Numbered from the stretch's first letter, positions 8,173 to 16,431 are shown. The stretch: DNA of 20,000 bases from an uncultured virus (IMG/VR IMGVR_UViG_3300042509_001296) (IMGVR_UViG_3300042509_001296); one strand, 5' to 3'. Numbers and translations: made by a program. The notes: generated from the letters alone by a model not told the origin.

Positions 8173-8555
8173 CTGGTCCTCCTTTTAGTTCTGAGGCCCG
8201 CCACCCCACCGTCGCCATTCGGAGCCCCGATAGCCGCCGGAGGAGAGCGGCGTCGGGAATGGGCGGCAGGGGGCGGGCTGCACAGGTAGTCGATAGCCCT
8301 GTGAAGAAGTTCTGGGTTGTCTTTGAAGTTCCCTAGGCCTTTGTTACAGCACTGGCACAGAAGGCCCCTTATGGCCCCCGTTTGGTGGCAGTGGTCTACG
8401 CAGGCGGCATTCGACTTGTTGCATATTTTGCATTTGCCACACTGCTCCTCCGTCATCCGGCGGTACTGCTCTTCGGTCATGCGATAGCGGAGCCGGAGGT
8501 TTGCATACCTCTTGGTGGCCCTCTGCCTTTCGAGCATGGCGTTAAGCACAATCAC
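8169..8555 (-). CDS. Endonuclease VII-family (His-Me finger) endonuclease
   Basis: CKIC..VDHCHQTGAIRGLLCQCCNKGLG.FKDN signature of the recombination endonuclease VII family. GTG start overlaps the portal stop. Confidence 0.9.
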   Translation of the reverse strand: MIVLNAMLERQRATKRYANLRLRYRMTEEQYRRMTEEQCGKCKICNKSNAACVDHCHQTGAIRGLLCQCCNKGLGNFKDNPELLHRAIDYLCSPPPAAHSRRRSPPAAIGAPNGDGGVAGLRTKRRTR

Positions 8556-10669
8556 GCAGGCGATAACTCCGGCGGGATTTGCGGAGGTGGCCCACTAGGA
8601 GGTGCTTGTTCTTCTGGCGGCGGGCTGCCCTCTGGCGGCGGCCCACCGCTCACTTGTTCTGGTCCCGGCATTGGTGGCGGGGGCGGGGGCGGCTGGATCA
8701 TGAAGGGGCCATACTCGATGTCGAGCGACTTGCACCACGCCTGAAGCAGGGCATTGAGTGGCTGGACCTGACCCGTGGACGCGACTTGCTGGAGGATGGG
8801 GCCCAGTGTCTGGACGGCCATCTGCATACGCTCGACCTCAGAAGCCTTGTTGGGCTTGCGGGCGGAACCGGCCTCGATCCGGTAGTCGTACTCTCGGGCG
8901 AGCGAGTTGATGTCAATGGCCTGAACCATGGACTGCCAGACCTCGGCACCAAGGGGTCCAAGGATGGGGGCAACGTCTTCCTTCTGAAGGAGCCACCGTG
9001 CGGCCAAGGCTTCCTTCCTAGCCAACATCCCCATGGCATCTTCCAAGGCGTTGGCCATGTCATCAGGTCTTACCGAGATTTGCTCCGATTTGACCTGTGC
9101 TTCAGCCGCCGACCTGAACTGATTGCGAGTCATCCCATAGACCAACTCCGTGAGTCCGACCCGCTTGTCGAACATATCCATCACGGCCTGCATGATCTGC
9201 CATAAGTCAGGCGTGACCTGAGGGAGTTGGAAGACAGAGATCACATCATTGACGCTGCGGCCGAGGGTCTCGGACAACTCAATGAGGGAGAACCCGTTCT
9301 CTTCGTGCTTGAGAACTTGGTCCTTGATGTCATCCCCTGAAGCCTTGGCGACTCCGATCATGGTCTTGGAGGACACCATGATGCGGGTGGCAAGGAAGGA
9401 CAGGGCCCAGTTCAGGAACTTGAGTTCGCTCAGACCGGGCTTCAGGTGGCTAATGGGCCAGACGTACCCCGGCTTGCGGTGGAACTGAAGGGGAGTCCAA
9501 GGCCAGCAGGCAACGTCCGAGTAGAACGGGATCGGCCACCGGGTCTGGGTGAACAGGGTGGGCGGCAGGCCTGATTCGTCTGGCGGCTCAAGGGCAATCT
9601 CCTTAGAGCAGTTCAGGGGGTAATCAACTCCCTCTGCGACCACGACATAGCAGTTCTGGCCGAGGGAATCGAACATCCCTTGGAACTCTTGGGGGGCACC
9701 CTTGAGGTTGTGGCCGAACCCCGTCTTGCTCCAAATCTTCCAGTAGACGATCAGGTCGTTGGTCTTGCCGTTCCGCTTCTTGGACTTGTAGTCCCGGTCT
9801 TCTTCTTGGGAGCGGGCGACGTAACTCTCTAGGTGGCCCTTAAGGTCTTCCTTGTTCAGACCGTACTGGCGAGCGACTTCGTCAATCGGGTGAATACAGC
9901 GGCGGGCACACCACAGGATGTCTTCCTGTTCGTCGGCGTCCGGGTCGAGGACAAGGTTGTCCACCGAGTCAGCGAATGAGCCGACAATGCCGAACGTCTG
10001 GCCGGGTTCTGCCGAGGGGAGTTCCATCAACTCCGTCCACCACACCCCCATGCCCTTGATGATGCTCTCGTCTACTACCCTGCGGGAATGCTCCTTCAGG
10101 TTTAGTTCGACGGGCGTGTAGTTTAAGTAGGCTTCCATCAGCCCAGAGACCGCCGCCCTCATCTCCTCGATGTTGCCGACCTGCTGGGAGAGTTGGATGA
10201 AGGCTTGGATGCGGGGGTCCTGCATCGGCTGCCCGGTCATTGGGTCGATCTGCGGCGGGGCCGATGGATCAATCCCGAGAGCCACGGGGGTAATGACAGG
10301 GAACTTCCGGGGAGTCACCGTCCGCACTGGATTGCGGGCATAGATGACTGACCCGAACAACTTCACGGCCTCGAAAGCCTTGTTGACGGTCATCCTGAAG
10401 GACGGGGGCCCGATCTTGGCGTAGTCCCTGCCGTCAGCCCCAGCCTTCTTCCAGAACCAATCCCCGTGCCCATCGAAGAAGTTCATGCACTCCTTGGCGT
10501 CCTCCCTGAACGGGCGGGCGTGTTTCTCGGCCTGCTTGATCTTGGATAGCCAAGAGGTAGCAACCGAACGGAGGGCATCCTCCATCTTCTTTTGGTCGAT
10601 GGTGTCCTCGGGTAGCGGGGGCAGGCCGCCCTCGGAGCCCTCTGACGGGAGTTCTGCTAGTTCGTCCAT
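8552..10669 (-). CDS. Portal protein
   Basis: 705 aa, downstream of the terminase. RSAAEAQVKSEQ motif, EYDYRIEAGS, Pro/Gln-rich tail, as in podovirus-type portals. Confidence 0.8.
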   Translation of the reverse strand: MDELAELPSEGSEGGLPPLPEDTIDQKKMEDALRSVATSWLSKIKQAEKHARPFREDAKECMNFFDGHGDWFWKKAGADGRDYAKIGPPSFRMTVNKAFEAVKLFGSVIYARNPVRTVTPRKFPVITPVALGIDPSAPPQIDPMTGQPMQDPRIQAFIQLSQQVGNIEEMRAAVSGLMEAYLNYTPVELNLKEHSRRVVDESIIKGMGVWWTELMELPSAEPGQTFGIVGSFADSVDNLVLDPDADEQEDILWCARRCIHPIDEVARQYGLNKEDLKGHLESYVARSQEEDRDYKSKKRNGKTNDLIVYWKIWSKTGFGHNLKGAPQEFQGMFDSLGQNCYVVVAEGVDYPLNCSKEIALEPPDESGLPPTLFTQTRWPIPFYSDVACWPWTPLQFHRKPGYVWPISHLKPGLSELKFLNWALSFLATRIMVSSKTMIGVAKASGDDIKDQVLKHEENGFSLIELSETLGRSVNDVISVFQLPQVTPDLWQIMQAVMDMFDKRVGLTELVYGMTRNQFRSAAEAQVKSEQISVRPDDMANALEDAMGMLARKEALAARWLLQKEDVAPILGPLGAEVWQSMVQAIDINSLAREYDYRIEAGSARKPNKASEVERMQMAVQTLGPILQQVASTGQVQPLNALLQAWCKSLDIEYGPFMIQPPPPPPPMPGPEQVSGGPPPEGSPPPEEQAPPSGPPPQIPPELSPA

Positions 10670-10695
10670 GCAGGTTTTATGTCCGTGTCGGGTGA

Positions 10696-11019
10696 CTAAC
10701 GGGCATATCGCTTGCAGGCAAACCAGCGGCCACGGGAATCCTGAGCCACGCCCTGATCCGCCACCCTCATCCCTGACCGGGAATAGCAGCAGTTATTCAG
10801 GGCCTGCTCTGGGGTGCTACCCATGCCTACACCTTCATAGGAGTGGGGATTTCCGCCCGGGTGGAAGAGTCGGCCCGAGGAGGCCAGCAGGCTGGCAACC
10901 CCCTGAGCCGTAGCGGTGGCCGCCTTCTGTACGGGTCGGCACTGGCCATTGGCACAGTTCTGGCCATACGCAAGGCAGGGAGTCACGAACATGGCGAGAG
11001 TAAGGGCAAACTTACGCAT
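10696..11019 (-). CDS. Secreted Cys-rich minimal CAP/SCP-like protein
   Basis: Start reassigned to ATG 11019 (AAGGAG SD). Signal peptide MRKFALTLAMFVTPCLAYG, CANGQC, then GRLFHPGG..YEGVGMGSTPEQAL..GVAQ..GRWFACKRY, which parallels CAP motifs. Confidence 0.6.
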   Translation of the reverse strand: MRKFALTLAMFVTPCLAYGQNCANGQCRPVQKAATATAQGVASLLASSGRLFHPGGNPHSYEGVGMGSTPEQALNNCCYSRSGMRVADQGVAQDSRGRWFACKRYAR

Positions 11020-11021
11020 GG

Positions 11022-11354
11022 TCAGGACTCCTTCTTCTTGGCGGATTCGATCTTGGCCTTGGTGACGAGGGTCTTCAGTTCCTTCAAAAGTTCCGTACTG
11101 GGGTGGGCGGAATAGGCACCCCACTTACCCCATGCGGCTGCTGACTCGTTCTCTTTCCAGAACGGGTCATGGATGTGGCGAACTGAGGGCTTCTCAACAA
11201 AGCCAGCCTCGTCCGCGTACACAAGAATCGTGATGGTCGTGGAACCCGGCTTCCGAGTAACCCAGCCCATTGCAGGGTCTTGGGGCGAGAAGGGGTTCGA
11301 GTACCAAAGGACCATGTCGCCTACGGACAGGTCGGGTGCCTTGAAGTCTGGCAT
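11022..11354 (-). CDS. Hypothetical protein (small beta-rich domain)
   Basis: Start reassigned to ATG 11354 (GGAGG SD); 110 aa; LSVGDMVLWY start is SH3/KOW-like. Confidence 0.75.
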   Translation of the reverse strand: MPDFKAPDLSVGDMVLWYSNPFSPQDPAMGWVTRKPGSTTITILVYADEAGFVEKPSVRHIHDPFWKENESAAAWGKWGAYSAHPSTELLKELKTLVTKAKIESAKKKES

Positions 11355-11429
11355 TTCTTCCTCCAAAGAGTGCAGAACAAGTGGGGGCTCAACCCACGGA
11401 CGCAATCTTCAGGAGGGACTTACTAGAGA

Positions 11430-11443
11430 TCAACGGGCATTCG
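11430..11443 (-). promoter_or_regulatory. Repeated box CGAATGCCCGTTGA overlapping putative -35
   Basis: Identical 14-mer at 13965..13978. On the minus strand TTGATC-17 nt-GAAGAT follows. Confidence 0.5.
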
Positions 11444-13141
11444 TCAGGCGATCCAAGTCTCTGAGTACGAGTTAGGGGCCAAGTAAACTACCCCTGAGTT
11501 GCCTTGCTTCTTCTTCCTGTCCGCTGACCATTTGACGTACCACGGGTCCTCGATGTGCTGCTCGGGCTTGTGGTAAGCCGGGTCATAGGCACAGAGGTAT
11601 CGCAGGCAGTCCACTAAGTGGAAGTCACCGCGCTTGTTGGGCTCATCGGTCACCACCGAGGTCCCGGCAACATAGGTAACTTTCTTCTTGTACCGCTTCA
11701 TTTCCCGCTCAAGGTTGGGCATGGTGTGCCGCAGATACCGGAGTCTGGCGGTGCCGTCCGGGCGGATGTGCATCATGTTCCGCACGGTTTGCAGGCCAGC
11801 CAGAACGTCATCTGAGCCGGGAATGAAACTATGTCCGGTGACTTTGGACCGGATATTCAGGGCGGCCAACTGCTCCGTGTACTGCTCCTGCGGGCTGCGG
11901 CCTGAGCCAATGTCGGTCAAGCGGGCACCGTGGGCGTCAATCAAGAAGGCGTGGAACTGATGTCCCGTGACCTTCTTCTTGAACTCTTGGCCAAAGACGA
12001 TGGCATTGCAGTTGCGGATATAGAGTTCGTCGTAGAGAAGGATCATCTTTTCGTCGGGCGGAACTGCCGCAAACAGGATGGCAGTGACGGCGTGGCCCGG
12101 GTCAATCACGGCGTACTTGCACCAATCGTCTGGGATTTGCCCATTGGGTAGGCCTTCCCTGAGAAACCCGTGGATACTGGGGTTCCAGTTGGGGTAGACC
12201 AGAATGCTGTCCGTGATGAACTCACCCTCGGACCTCTGCCGGAGTACGTCATCCCCGATAGCCGACCAACGCTCGATGGCCTTACGTTTCTCGTCTTGGT
12301 CGATGTGCGGGTTATCTAAAAACCTGAGGGCGAATCTCCTGATGTCCTTGGTGTTGCCTTGCTCCTCGGCCTTCTCCGCTCGCTCATTGAGTCCGATCAA
12401 GGCTTCGTTCTTAGAATGGGGCATGGCTGACCAGTTGAATAAGCCCTTACGGTCAGCAAGGCGTGCCTGCATCTCCGGCACCCACGACTCATTGTTTAGG
12501 TCTTCGTCTATATGGACCCTATCCGCCTGAAAGCCTTGGGGTGGATCGCCCTCCGATGAGAAACAGTAAATGGTCCACCCATTGGTCAACTCACAGGAGT
12601 TCAGGTAGCCCGCCGACTTCAGCACCCACGAGAAACTCTTGATGAGTCTGGGCGGAATCAGGGGCGGGGCAGGCTTGGCTTCCTTCAGCCGCTCGGCATC
12701 CGCCACCGGGTCGAATGCCCTGAACTGGCCCGTCTTCTCGTCCCTGATGATCTTGAATGCCCCTGCACGAAACAGGTAGGGCACCACGACCAGACCGATG
12801 TGCTTCCAGTTCTGGCCGATGATGACGAGATTCCCTCCCTCTTTTCTGTACTTGCCTTCTACGGGATGGGTGCCAGTTGCGGCCCATGCGTCTTCTATGA
12901 AGGTACAGAGGGACTTGCCTGAACGATTACCCCCGATGACCAGCGTCTCGCTCGCTAGGCACTCATGGAACTCCTTCTGCTTCGGAGTCGGCCTGTATAG
13001 CCTTAAGGCTTCGATCCGCCTCGCGTTCAACTCGGACTGCAAAGTCCTCAGTTCGTCCCGCTGGAACTCCGAGATGCTCTGAACTGTCGGTAATGCCGGG
13101 GGTGGCTGAATGGGGATTGGGTGCTTCTTGCGCTTGGGCAT
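11444..13141 (-). CDS. terL: Terminase large subunit
   Basis: Q-motif YRPTPKQ, Walker A GGNRSGKS, Walker B RVHIDE, RNase H-like nuclease motifs AVIDPG and DFHLVDCLRY. Confidence 0.95.
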   Translation of the reverse strand: MPKRKKHPIPIQPPPALPTVQSISEFQRDELRTLQSELNARRIEALRLYRPTPKQKEFHECLASETLVIGGNRSGKSLCTFIEDAWAATGTHPVEGKYRKEGGNLVIIGQNWKHIGLVVVPYLFRAGAFKIIRDEKTGQFRAFDPVADAERLKEAKPAPPLIPPRLIKSFSWVLKSAGYLNSCELTNGWTIYCFSSEGDPPQGFQADRVHIDEDLNNESWVPEMQARLADRKGLFNWSAMPHSKNEALIGLNERAEKAEEQGNTKDIRRFALRFLDNPHIDQDEKRKAIERWSAIGDDVLRQRSEGEFITDSILVYPNWNPSIHGFLREGLPNGQIPDDWCKYAVIDPGHAVTAILFAAVPPDEKMILLYDELYIRNCNAIVFGQEFKKKVTGHQFHAFLIDAHGARLTDIGSGRSPQEQYTEQLAALNIRSKVTGHSFIPGSDDVLAGLQTVRNMMHIRPDGTARLRYLRHTMPNLEREMKRYKKKVTYVAGTSVVTDEPNKRGDFHLVDCLRYLCAYDPAYHKPEQHIEDPWYVKWSADRKKKQGNSGVVYLAPNSYSETWIA

Positions 13142-13625
13142 CTATGTACCGGACCTTCCCGTAGGTAACGACAGCCTGCTTGAGCCGCTTGTCGATCTCG
13201 TTCTCCAACTCCTCCTCGGAGTACAGGTCAATGGGCTTCTTGGCCCCGCCCTGCTCGGTGTTCTTAGAGGCCAGACGAACGACCATCTCTAGGATCGAGT
13301 TCCTCATCCGGCTGCCGGGAGGTGACTCGAAATACTGCTTCATCAGCAGGCCGGAGAAGCCATTGGCCCCTCCGAAGTAGTTCATGATGGACTCAAGCAG
13401 TTCTGCCGTATGGGGGATGTTGGACCCACCCCGCAGGACTGACTTAGAGAACTTGTCGAGTGCGTCGTTCTCCATCTTGACCAGAGAAGCCTTACGCTTC
13501 TTGGCCTTCTTGCACTTCAGACAGATGTTCTGATAGGAGGTCGTACACCCCAGTTGCCTAGGGAAATACTTTTGGTTCAGGGCCTTAGTCTCTCGGCATT
13601 CCTCGCACTGCCGATAGTCTTCCAT
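12963..13625 (-). CDS. Putative terminase small subunit / Zn-finger DNA-binding protein
   Basis: Likely start ATG 13625. CEEC..K....F..CLKC zinc motif; IDLYSEEELENEI segment; lies immediately upstream of terL. Confidence 0.6.
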   Translation of the reverse strand: MEDYRQCEECRETKALNQKYFPRQLGCTTSYQNICLKCKKAKKRKASLVKMENDALDKFSKSVLRGGSNIPHTAELLESIMNYFGGANGFSGLLMKQYFESPPGSRMRNSILEMVVRLASKNTEQGGAKKPIDLYSEEELENEIDKRLKQAVVTYGKVRYIDAQAQEAPNPHSATPGITDSSEHLGVPAGRTEDFAVRVEREADRSLKAIQADSEAEGVP

Positions 13626-13626
13626 G

Positions 13627-13914
13627 TCACTGCCTATCCAACTGGAGTACGGATGCAATCATGGGAGAGACGCTGCCTTCAGTGCCGTTCTCTCGGGCCT
13701 TCTGCATAAGGTCCCTGATGTACTCGCCCTTGGCCTGCTTCATCAGCACAGAGGCCATAGAGGGGCCATTGAGGTAGTCCTCGATAGAGCCACCAACGTC
13801 TTCAGCCGACAGATTGCTCTGCTGGCCGGTAGCCATAAACCGGAGACGCTGAAGGTCTGCGGGGCTGAGTTGGTGCTGCTGCTGGCCCGCTAAGGCCCGA
13901 ATCCGACCGCTCAT
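13627..13914 (-). CDS. Hypothetical protein
   Basis: ATG 13914 with GAGGAG 8 nt upstream; 95 aa; abuts the next gene. Confidence 0.7.
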   Translation of the reverse strand: MSGRIRALAGQQQHQLSPADLQRLRFMATGQQSNLSAEDVGGSIEDYLNGPSMASVLMKQAKGEYIRDLMQKARENGTEGSVSPMIASVLQLDRQ

Positions 13915-13964
13915 ATCCAAGGCTCCTCTTCAGGTATAGAAAATCGGCCCCAGAAGGCAGCCGG

Positions 13965-13978
13965 TCAACGGGCATTCG
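13965..13978 (-). promoter_or_regulatory. Repeated box CGAATGCCCGTTGA overlapping putative -35
   Basis: Identical to 11430..11443. On the minus strand TTGACC-17 nt-GATTTT follows. Confidence 0.5.
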
Positions 13979-14687
13979 GCCCTTCTTCGTCTATAGAACG
14001 CAGGGTGTCATACAGCCACCAGACCAACTCCATGATTCGGTAGGCACAGAAGCCACCGACCAAAAGCAGGAGTGGGATCAGGTATCCGGGTTCTGGCACT
14101 GCCACGGGGGTGAGTGCAGCCGCCCCGAACGACATCTGGCCTTGGGCACTGGTGAAGTTCCCACGACCGACCATGCTCACCGTAAGGTCTTCGGTAAGTC
14201 CGCTGGAAGTAAAGGAAACGATGTAGTTCTGATATGGAGAAAGGCTCACCGTAGTCCCTGACCCCGAGAGTTCAGAGGCGGTGATTTCTGCCGAGACAGG
14301 TCCATTGGTCATAAGCCAAAGGTCAAGGCGGTTCCCATTGGCGTACTGATAGGGCACGGTCAAGGTAAAGCCCTTACCCTCGGCACTGGTGGTGACGTAG
14401 GAGAGCCCGCCAACGTAGTACCCGTTCCCCGTGTTGAAGATTGCCACGCCGGGATCACGAGCCAGTGGCGTAGCCGGTGCCGAGGCCGTCAGCGAGTAGT
14501 TGATCCGGCCCGCCCCGCTGGTGACGTTGGCTTGCAGGGTGCCTGCGTTCCAGACACCCCAATCTTCGTACTCACTCAGCCGCTGCCGAATCTCTGAGTT
14601 GAACGTCTGGGCAGTGCCAGTGATCGTCCCGGCGTCCGCGATTTGCGAACCAAGGACAAGGAGCAGGGAAAGGGTCAGGGTCTTCAT
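13965..14687 (-). CDS. PEP-CTERM-like exported/surface protein
   Basis: Start reassigned to ATG 14687. Signal peptide MKTLTLSLLLVLGSQIADAG, Ser/Thr/Gly-rich beta body, AVPEPG followed by the hydrophobic helix YLIPLLLLVGGFCAY. Confidence 0.8.
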   Translation of the reverse strand: MKTLTLSLLLVLGSQIADAGTITGTAQTFNSEIRQRLSEYEDWGVWNAGTLQANVTSGAGRINYSLTASAPATPLARDPGVAIFNTGNGYYVGGLSYVTTSAEGKGFTLTVPYQYANGNRLDLWLMTNGPVSAEITASELSGSGTTVSLSPYQNYIVSFTSSGLTEDLTVSMVGRGNFTSAQGQMSFGAAALTPVAVPEPGYLIPLLLLVGGFCAYRIMELVWWLYDTLRSIDEEGPNAR

Positions 14688-14715
14688 TGGAGCGTTCCTT
14701 GGGAGGTAAACCACG

Positions 14716-14752
14716 GCGGGGGGGAGGGGCCATGCAACCCGCTCCCCCCCGC
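14716..14752. other. GC-rich intergenic hairpin
   Basis: Perfect 11-bp inverted repeat GCGGGGGGGAG (14716-14726) / CTCCCCCCCGC (14742-14752); no strong U-tract. Confidence 0.7.
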
Positions 14753-14802
14753 AAATCTCCCTCCGTTGCTGACCCGCTCCGTAGGCCAACAGCAGTGGAG
14801 GA

Positions 14803-15147
14803 TTACTCAGCGAAGGCGGCCTTGACTACCTCTTCACGGGCCTGCTGGCCAGCAGCATCGCTGGCCTTGGAGGCGTGACGGGCAGCCTTGCGACCCTCAC
14901 GGGCAGCAACAATGGTCGCCTTCTTCTCCTTCCGGGCGTTCTTTCGGACGAGGTGGCCACTGGCCGGGGGTGCGATGACAGACGAGTCCTCGACCACATC
15001 GACCTCGACCTCGGTGGTGCCGGGGACGGTCTTGACGGTGACATCCACCTCTTCCTGCACGACAGGGGTCTTGGCCGTGCCATGGCACGAACCAGCGTAG
15101 GCGTAAGCAGGGAAGGCGAAGGCGAGGGCGAGGGCAAACTTCTTCAT
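14803..15147 (-). CDS. Secreted hypothetical protein
   Basis: Start reassigned to ATG 15147 (GGAG SD). Signal peptide MKKFALALAFAFPAYAYA, acidic Val-rich segment, then a basic Ala-rich helix. Confidence 0.75.
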   Translation of the reverse strand: MKKFALALAFAFPAYAYAGSCHGTAKTPVVQEEVDVTVKTVPGTTEVEVDVVEDSSVIAPPASGHLVRKNARKEKKATIVAAREGRKAARHASKASDAAGQQAREEVVKAAFAE

Positions 15148-15166
15148 GGCGGGAATCTCCAAGGGG

Positions 15167-15619
15167 TTACTCAAACACTTGCGTCCAATAGATAGACCGA
15201 CCGTTATCGACCGACCCAACACCTATCTGCGTGTATCGGGAGTTCAGGATGTTCCTTCGATGTCCGGGCGAGTTCATCCAAGCAGTCATTACTTCTTGGG
15301 GCGTCCTTTGCCCATAGGCCACGTTTTCGCCATGGCCCATCTTGGAGTGGAACATCCTGCCTCTACTGGCTTGGACACCACTCCATGCTCTAGCGTCACT
15401 CATCAGGGCTGGCACTACATCTAACGGACGAAGGCCCCTAGAGGTTCGCTGGAGGTTGGTAAGTCGGATCACCTCTCTCTCGTAAGGGCTTAAGGGGTAC
15501 TTGGTTGACCGCTTGGCTGGTGTTGGTGTCGGTGGTGGCTCGGGAGGCTTGGGCTGACCTATCAGCATCAGGCCTGCGGCGAGCAGGAGGAGGGCGGCAA
15601 CTACGCGGAGCCTGCTCAT
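15167..15619 (-). CDS. CAP (SCP/PR-1, YkwD-like) domain protein with N-terminal signal/anchor
   Basis: EVIRLTNLQR..GLRPL..MFHS..GENVAYGQ.TPQEVMTAWMNSPGHRRNIL..YTQIGVG..YWTQVF, a canonical bacterial CAP domain. Confidence 0.93.
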   Translation of the reverse strand: MSRLRVVAALLLLAAGLMLIGQPKPPEPPPTPTPAKRSTKYPLSPYEREVIRLTNLQRTSRGLRPLDVVPALMSDARAWSGVQASRGRMFHSKMGHGENVAYGQRTPQEVMTAWMNSPGHRRNILNSRYTQIGVGSVDNGRSIYWTQVFE

Positions 15620-15637
15620 GGCCGGTGATCCCGGTTC

Positions 15638-15913
15638 CTAGAACAGGGGCTTCTTTGGTGCGGCGACCTCGGGCTGTTCGTCACAGATCAGGGCAATCAC
15701 TGTGTCACGGCACAACTTGGATGCTGCCGAATGCCCCTGAGTGTCAAGGCTTTCCTTGAGAGTCAGGAGCCGGGTGACTGCCTTCTTCTGGTAGGCCCCC
15801 TTGGCACTCGTGGGGTTGATCCACGAGGCCAAGAGGCCCCAGACGAACGGGGCTACTAGCAGGGCTACTGCCAGTGCCACGACTGCGATGACTGCAATGG
15901 AAGGAACTCCCAT
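15638..15913 (-). CDS. Small membrane-anchored protein
   Basis: N-terminal hydrophobic helix IAVIAVVALAVALLVAPFVWGLLA; AGGTGG SD. Confidence 0.75.
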   Translation of the reverse strand: MGVPSIAVIAVVALAVALLVAPFVWGLLASWINPTSAKGAYQKKAVTRLLTLKESLDTQGHSAASKLCRDTVIALICDEQPEVAAPKKPLF

Positions 15914-15927
15914 GAGCCACCTAAGGG

Positions 15928-16431
15928 TTAGTTCTTAGCCGAGTTGTAGTGGAGGCCCACCAGAACCCGGGTCAGTTCCGTATCGGCGTCGGTTTCGGCA
16001 AGGGCCATGCCAAGGCCTGCACCAGCGGCTGCTTCGCCACCAGCACCAACCGTGACCTCATCCCCAGCCGTGACAGTGCCAGCCTTGACCTTCGTCGGGC
16101 CAGTGACAACGCCATAGAAGACATCGTCAACCTTCACGCCCTCGGACGGGATGTACTCGTCCACCACGGCCACGATGGGGTCAGCAGCCGTAGCGAGGCC
16201 GGTAGCCTCTTCGAGGTTGCAGGCCACCAACTGGGTCGGGAGGAGGACAGCACCCGTCCGGTTACGGAGACAGACCACCCGGACTTCCCGGTTGGACAGG
16301 ACCGTACCTTCGCGGGGATCGGCATCCGTGAAGACCTTCACAGCACCGATGACGTTGTTGCCGTCCTTGACCGACTTGACGCCAAGGGTCATGCCTCGGC
16401 CAAACGGCGGATCAGAAGTCAGAACGCTCAT
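15928..16431 (-). CDS. Putative capsid decoration/cement protein
   Basis: 167 aa, directly after the MCP. Val/Gly/Ala-rich with GVVTGPTKV..AGDEVTVGAGG..GMALA, as in decoration proteins. Confidence 0.65.
   Translation of the reverse strand: MSVLTSDPPFGRGMTLGVKSVKDGNNVIGAVKVFTDADPREGTVLSNREVRVVCLRNRTGAVLLPTQLVACNLEEATGLATAADPIVAVVDEYIPSEGVKVDDVFYGVVTGPTKVKAGTVTAGDEVTVGAGGEAAAGAGLGMALAETDADTELTRVLVGLHYNSAKN

Noticed and set aside
11444..13141. Intein or intron in terL
   Set aside because: Normal length (565 aa), continuous motifs and no splice signatures.
14716..14752. Rho-independent terminator call
   Set aside because: Strong stem but no adjacent U-tract on the coding strand; kept only as a hairpin.
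12712..15740. Opposite-orientation partial CGAATGCCC matches (~12712, ~15728)
   Set aside because: They lie inside coding regions, lack the RTTG continuation and are explainable by codons, so they were not counted as boxes.
15638..15913. Holin call
   Set aside because: Only a single TM segment and no adjacent recognisable endolysin; insufficient support.
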